Shown here one piece after another: positions 59,918 through 64,000 of a stretch of DNA of 64,000 nucleotides (positions within the stretch are counted from its first letter, which is position 1; each line of letters opens with the position of its first letter). Source of the stretch: a virus; IMG/VR virus record IMGVR_UViG_3300042484_002006; one strand, 5' to 3'. The notes below the pieces were generated by a model. The model saw only the letters and a program-made list of their open reading frames with translations. It was not told the DNA's origin and searched no databases. Position numbers and translations under genes: made by a program.

Positions 59918-59950
59918 GCAGCCCCGCCTTAATGGCGGGGTTGTCTTATT
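59918..59950 (+). terminator. GC-rich hairpin, probable terminator closing the structural/lysis region
   Basis: CCCCGCC (59922-28) pairs with GGCGGGG (59934-40), loop TTAAT, extended by G-U/A-U/C-G pairs. The T tract is interrupted (TTGTCTTATT). Confidence 0.65.
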
Positions 59951-60006
59951 CATGCCAGCCTTTTATACCTTTTAGTGTGTTTATCCAATTTTATGAAGGA
60001 TTCTAA

Positions 60007-60717
60007 ATGTCAATGAAAGAAATAGAAGAAGCCATTAGTAGCAATAGCCTTCCACTTTCTGTTGCAGAAAAGTACTTGAAACTGTACATAGCAGATATAA
60101 ATTGGTCAGAACACATAGCTGCTCTGTGGAAAAACTCAATGAACAAATTTAGTAACGAAACTGAAGCAAAAGACCACATTAAACGAGCAGTAGCTTGCGC
60201 TACTATACTTCCTCTAGTGGAAAATACGCCCATACCAGACCCGCCTAGTAATCTATTATTTTGGTGTACTGCGTGGAAACAGTTCTACAGAGATGATTGG
60301 TTTAAGATATTTATAGATGTTCTAAAAGAAGATCTCGAAATATCTAAGAATAGAAATAAAATAATAACCCTTGGTATTGTAGAGCCAATTGATATAGCAC
60401 CAATGACTAGGCAGGCTTATAACTGGCTATATGAGTCAGCAGTAAGTCACGACTGCATAAACGATAGTAATCGTGAGGATATTGAAAATAAATTTAAGAA
60501 TATTGTCAAAGCCTATGGTGGAGCAGTAATATGTAATATGTTTGTAAATCATAAAGTATTTGTAAATAAAGTATTCAATTGGCGAAGTGGATACTTTTTT
60601 GAAAAGCAAATACACAAAGTGTATACATTAGATCAAATATGCAAGATAAAATCAACAGAGATAGCTAAAATAAACCCTAAATACATAAGAAAAATAGAAA
60701 ATAAAATAGGAGCATAA
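60007..60717 (+). CDS. Hypothetical helical protein (236 aa)
   Basis: GAAGGA RBS, first gene after the terminator. No recognised motif. Confidence 0.7.
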   Translation: MSMKEIEEAISSNSLPLSVAEKYLKLYIADINWSEHIAALWKNSMNKFSNETEAKDHIKRAVACATILPLVENTPIPDPPSNLLFWCTAWKQFYRDDWFKIFIDVLKEDLEISKNRNKIITLGIVEPIDIAPMTRQAYNWLYESAVSHDCINDSNREDIENKFKNIVKAYGGAVICNMFVNHKVFVNKVFNWRSGYFFEKQIHKVYTLDQICKIKSTEIAKINPKYIRKIENKIGA

Positions 60718-60720
60718 CAA

Positions 60721-62655
60721 ATGGAAAATATTATTCTTTCAAAAGAATTCGTTAATTCATACGCAGATAAAAAAGCACCTTGGGGCTTTAATGGTTTAGG
60801 GGAAATAGTCTATCGCAGAACTTATTCAAGAGATATTGAATCCCTTGGTCGCAAAGAATACTGGCATGAAACAATCGAACGCTGTATTAACGGTGCACAA
60901 GCAATTGGGGCGAATTACACGAAAGAAGAAGCCGAAAGATTATTTGATTACATCTTTAACCTTAAGGGTATTTTTGCTGGGCGCTGCTTGTGGCAATTAG
61001 GGACACCCTTGGTGGAAAAAATGAGTGGTGTTTCTTTAGTGAACTGTTGGATGACAACAATCTCAAAGGTTGAAGATTTTCAATTCCTAATGGATCATTT
61101 AATGGTTGGCGGTGGAGTCGGTTTTACAGTCGAAAGAGCTAGCGTCCACGATTTCCCTAAAGTACAAAATGTGGGATATGTTCGCCATGAAAAAACTAAC
61201 GATGCTGACTTTATTGTAGGTGATTCACGCAATGGTTGGTCAGCTCTGCTTGGTAAAGTTCTTAAGAGTTACTTTGAAACTGGAGAATCTTTTACTTATA
61301 GCACTATTCTAGTTCGTGGATATGGCGCAACTCTCAAGACATTTGGGGGAACAGCATCAGGCCCTGAAGTTCTGATTGAGGGAATTCTAAATATATGCGA
61401 CATTCTTAATGCTAGAGTTGGAAAGAAAATTCGTTCCATCGATGCCCTAGATATCGCTAACATAATAGGCAAAATAGTAGTAGCTGGCTCTGCTCGCCGT
61501 TCTGCTCAAATCGCCATTGGAGATCCTGATGACTTCCTCTTCTTAAAGGCTAAGAATTGGGGCAAGGGAGATATCCCAGCTTGGCGTGCAAACTCTAATA
61601 ACTCAATCTACGCAGATTCATATGACGAAATAATTGATGAATTCTGGAAGGGTTATGATGGATCTGGTGAGCCGTATGGTTTGATCAACCGTAATTTAAT
61701 TCGCAAGAATGGTAGACTTGGCGAAAAGGTCAATGACAATAAAGTTATTGGAACTAATCCATGTGGAGAAATTGGCCTAGAAGACGGCGAGCCTTGTAAC
61801 TTAGCTGAGATTTTCTTACCTAATATTTCTTCTAAAGAAGAACTATTTGATGTTAGTGCACTTCTCTATAAGACGCAAAAAGCTATTACAACATTGGCTT
61901 ACCCATACAAAAAGAGCCGAGATGTAATTGAGCGAAATAGAAGATTAGGTCAAGGCATTACTGGCTGGCTCCAAGCCACGGAAGAACAATTGTCTTGGGT
62001 TGACGACGCTTATAAAAATCTTAAAGCTGTTGACGAAAAGTGGTCAAATGAAATTAAAATTAATAAATCAATTAAATTAACAACGGTTAAGCCTAGTGGA
62101 ACATTAAGTCTTCTAGCTGGAGTTACTCCCGGCATTCATCCTGCGTACGCGCAATATTATATTCGCCGTGTACGCATGGGAAGCAATGATCCATTGGTTA
62201 ATTATTGTAGAGAAAAAGGTCATAAAGTTCAATACGATATTGGGCTAGATGGCAAGGAAAATCATACAATTTGTGTAGTGGAGTTCCCATGTGAAACGCC
62301 CGAACACGCTACCCTGGCAAAGGAACTGACTGCTATAGAGCAACTAGAATGGGTAGTTCGTGCCCAAACAAGTTGGGCAGACAATAATGTAAGTGTTACG
62401 GTATATTATCGTAAAGAAGAGCTTCCCGAAATTCAAGAGTGGATGAAAAAGAACTATAAAAATAAGGTAAAGTCAGTTTCATTCCTTCTTCATAGTGATC
62501 ATGGTTTTATTATGGCTCCATATGAAGAAATTACATTGGATACATATAATAAGCTAAAGTCAAAAATTAAAGATGGAATCAATTTTGCCGACTCAAGCAA
62601 TATAGATTTATTAGATAGCCTTGAGTGTGAAGGCGGAGCTTGTCCGATTAAGTGA
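60721..62655 (+). CDS. nrdJ: Class II (adenosylcobalamin-dependent) ribonucleotide reductase, monomeric RTPR type
   Basis: GEIVYRRTYSR, NCW, TNPCGEI...CNLAE (thiyl radical Cys), TTVKPSGT, C-terminal CEGGACPIK redox pair. Confidence 0.93.
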   Translation: MENIILSKEFVNSYADKKAPWGFNGLGEIVYRRTYSRDIESLGRKEYWHETIERCINGAQAIGANYTKEEAERLFDYIFNLKGIFAGRCLWQLGTPLVEKMSGVSLVNCWMTTISKVEDFQFLMDHLMVGGGVGFTVERASVHDFPKVQNVGYVRHEKTNDADFIVGDSRNGWSALLGKVLKSYFETGESFTYSTILVRGYGATLKTFGGTASGPEVLIEGILNICDILNARVGKKIRSIDALDIANIIGKIVVAGSARRSAQIAIGDPDDFLFLKAKNWGKGDIPAWRANSNNSIYADSYDEIIDEFWKGYDGSGEPYGLINRNLIRKNGRLGEKVNDNKVIGTNPCGEIGLEDGEPCNLAEIFLPNISSKEELFDVSALLYKTQKAITTLAYPYKKSRDVIERNRRLGQGITGWLQATEEQLSWVDDAYKNLKAVDEKWSNEIKINKSIKLTTVKPSGTLSLLAGVTPGIHPAYAQYYIRRVRMGSNDPLVNYCREKGHKVQYDIGLDGKENHTICVVEFPCETPEHATLAKELTAIEQLEWVVRAQTSWADNNVSVTVYYRKEELPEIQEWMKKNYKNKVKSVSFLLHSDHGFIMAPYEEITLDTYNKLKSKIKDGINFADSSNIDLLDSLECEGGACPIK

Positions 62656-63011
62656 CAAATACCATGCCTGAAAAAGAAGACTTTGACAATGAAGATTTTG
62701 AAAAGATATTTACTGAAATTGTTAGTTCAGATGAATTAAAAGATATGTCAGATCATTTTGAAAAAGATGTAAAGCTTGGATTAAAGGAACTCCTTTTAAT
62801 CCAGCAATCGCTATCAGATGCTATGAGTCATATATCTGAAGTTTTAATAAATTCAGTTGATGGAGAAGAACAATTAATAACTAATGGAGATAACATTTAC
62901 AGTAGTTTATTGTCTTCACTCTATAAAATATCTGAAGACTTTAACGAATGTATGATAGAATATTACTCTGATTTAGACATAGACGATGAAGGAGATGAAA
63001 ATGGAATATGA
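62652..63011 (+). CDS. Hypothetical acidic protein (119 aa)
   Basis: GTG start overlaps the nrdJ stop. Asp/Glu-rich and helical. Confidence 0.6.
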   Translation: MTNTMPEKEDFDNEDFEKIFTEIVSSDELKDMSDHFEKDVKLGLKELLLIQQSLSDAMSHISEVLINSVDGEEQLITNGDNIYSSLLSSLYKISEDFNECMIEYYSDLDIDDEGDENGI

Positions 63012-63714
63012 TTCAGTTAATGAACCCTCCATTAAAAAAGTTTTAGACAAAGGTTATGTAAGATTAGTTGATATAATGGGTTCGGATCTTAGTGTGGCAA
63101 ACGCCGCACGAGCATCTTTTGCAAAAGAATCAACTGAACTATCAGCGGCCGATGCAAGATTGATTGATTATTTAGCGAGAGAAAATCATATGTCGCCTTT
63201 CAGACATGCGTTTATGACATTTGAATTTAAGGCACCATTGATGGTTGCTCGCCAACATTGGAAGTATGTAATTGGTTCAGATCATACTATGGATTCTTGG
63301 AATGAATCTAGTAGAAGATATGTAACTTCTGAGCCTGAATTTTATATTCCCTTAAAAGAAGAGTGGAGACTGGCACCAGACAATAAGAAGCAGGGGTCTG
63401 GAGGACCTCTTGATCCCTGGACTGGAACATTGCTGTCTCAGCAATTGGAAGATTACATCCAGCAGGGTGAAGCTCTTTACAACATGGCCATGCAAAATGG
63501 TGTGGCAGCTGAACAGGCAAGATTGTTTCTCCCGGCATACGGCATGTATGTCATATACAGATGGTCATGCAGCCTACAATCAGTAGCCCTATTCCTTAAC
63601 CAACGCCTTGAAGAAGACTCTCAGAAAGAGATCCAAGACTACGCCCGCGCTGTCAAAGATTTAATTATTGATAAATTTCCTGTATCGATACCTTTGTTGA
63701 CTGGTGTATCATGA
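63001..63714 (+). CDS. thyX: Flavin-dependent thymidylate synthase
   Basis: AAGGAG RBS before ATG 63001 (track start 62986). ANAARAS, HMSPFRH, APLMVARQHWKY...NESSRRY, FLNQRL...SQKEIQDYA. Confidence 0.92.
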   Translation: MEYDSVNEPSIKKVLDKGYVRLVDIMGSDLSVANAARASFAKESTELSAADARLIDYLARENHMSPFRHAFMTFEFKAPLMVARQHWKYVIGSDHTMDSWNESSRRYVTSEPEFYIPLKEEWRLAPDNKKQGSGGPLDPWTGTLLSQQLEDYIQQGEALYNMAMQNGVAAEQARLFLPAYGMYVIYRWSCSLQSVALFLNQRLEEDSQKEIQDYARAVKDLIIDKFPVSIPLLTGVS

Positions 63715-63872
63715 TAGTAGATGCAATTAGAGTAATTCTATTTGTAGTATTTATTAATTGGGCATTTACGATGCATTCTATGTCTCAATCTGCAACTAAT
63801 ACAAAGAATAGAAAAATAATAATTGCCATATCCATACTAGCTTCAGCGATAGCAGCTATATTAGTTCTATGA
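63711..63872 (+). CDS. Small two-TM membrane protein (53 aa)
   Basis: Not in the ORF track. ATGA overlaps at both ends. MIVDAIRVILFVVFINWAFTM...KIIIAISILASAIAAILVL. Confidence 0.6.
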   Translation: MIVDAIRVILFVVFINWAFTMHSMSQSATNTKNRKIIIAISILASAIAAILVL

Positions 63873-64000
63873 CAGTTACAAGAAAAGATACCCAATACAT
63901 GCAGATGTGTATTTCCGTGGCTAATATTTTTTCTACTTGTGGAAAAAGAAAATATTCAGCTGTCCTAGTAGATACACAGGGGCACATAGTCGGAGTCGGA
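63869..64000 (+). CDS. dCMP deaminase-like protein, 3'-truncated by the window
   Basis: Not in the ORF track. MTVTRKDTQYMQMCISVANIFSTCGKRKYSAVLVDTQGHIVGVG matches the deaminase N-terminus (STC.KR...AV.V....I...G). Sits next to thyX. Confidence 0.7.
   Translation, partial: MTVTRKDTQYMQMCISVANIFSTCGKRKYSAVLVDTQGHIVGVG

Noticed and set aside
235-63538. Minus-strand and alternate-frame ORFs in the track (for example 628..1371, 6259..6645, 46476..46886, 49804..50211, 63308..63538)
   Set aside because: All lie within longer, motif-bearing + strand genes, mostly opposite low-complexity or GC-richer segments, and show no independent protein motifs.
60721-63714. Intein or self-splicing intron in nrdJ or thyX
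   Set aside because: Both ORFs are uninterrupted and of ordinary length, with no homing-endonuclease or intein motifs seen.
1-64000. Genome-wide TAG-to-Gln recoding (genetic code 15)
   Set aside because: ORFs of 1500-3700 codons are intact under the standard code with no internal TAG, and coding density is already near complete. Only occasional read-through remains possible.
1-64000. tRNA, rRNA or riboswitch genes
   Set aside because: Intergenic gaps are at most about 160 nt. None shows a cloverleaf or a recognisable cobalamin riboswitch, including upstream of nrdJ.

Overview
This window is 64 kb of a large, AT-rich tailed phage with a contractile (myovirus-type) tail. All credible genes are on the + strand. 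Positions 1-59.4 kb form an almost gap-free virion morphogenesis region: a 5'-truncated fibre-like protein, head-tail joining proteins, two sheath-like genes, three tube-like genes, two paralogous tail-assembly chaperones, two very large tape-measure-like proteins (2213 and 1631 aa), a 3730-aa baseplate hub, a dual-domain tail lysin, spike, gp25-like and gpJ-like baseplate genes, and a run of large peripheral baseplate or fibre proteins. An r1t-type holin, a promoter/terminator boundary and a nucleotide-metabolism block follow (class II RNR nrdJ, thyX, truncated dCMP deaminase). The holin type, a small membrane protein and Thr-rich linkers hint at an actinobacterial host (inference). The most notable signals are: (i) single-subunit two-barrel RNA-polymerase-like motifs (YonO/RdRP-like, in rearranged order) inside the second tape-measure-like protein; (ii) a staphylococcal-nuclease domain plus Gly-zipper hydrophobic segments at the C-terminus of the hub, resembling an evolved VgrG; (iii) four of five TAG stops joining in-frame to the next tail gene, one of them apparently splitting a peptidoglycan-binding domain; (iv) a strongly over-represented A-T-P tripeptide in baseplate, neck and sheath proteins. 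No tRNA, rRNA, CRISPR array, integrase or transposase was seen. All domain calls come from motif recognition by eye, not from database searches.
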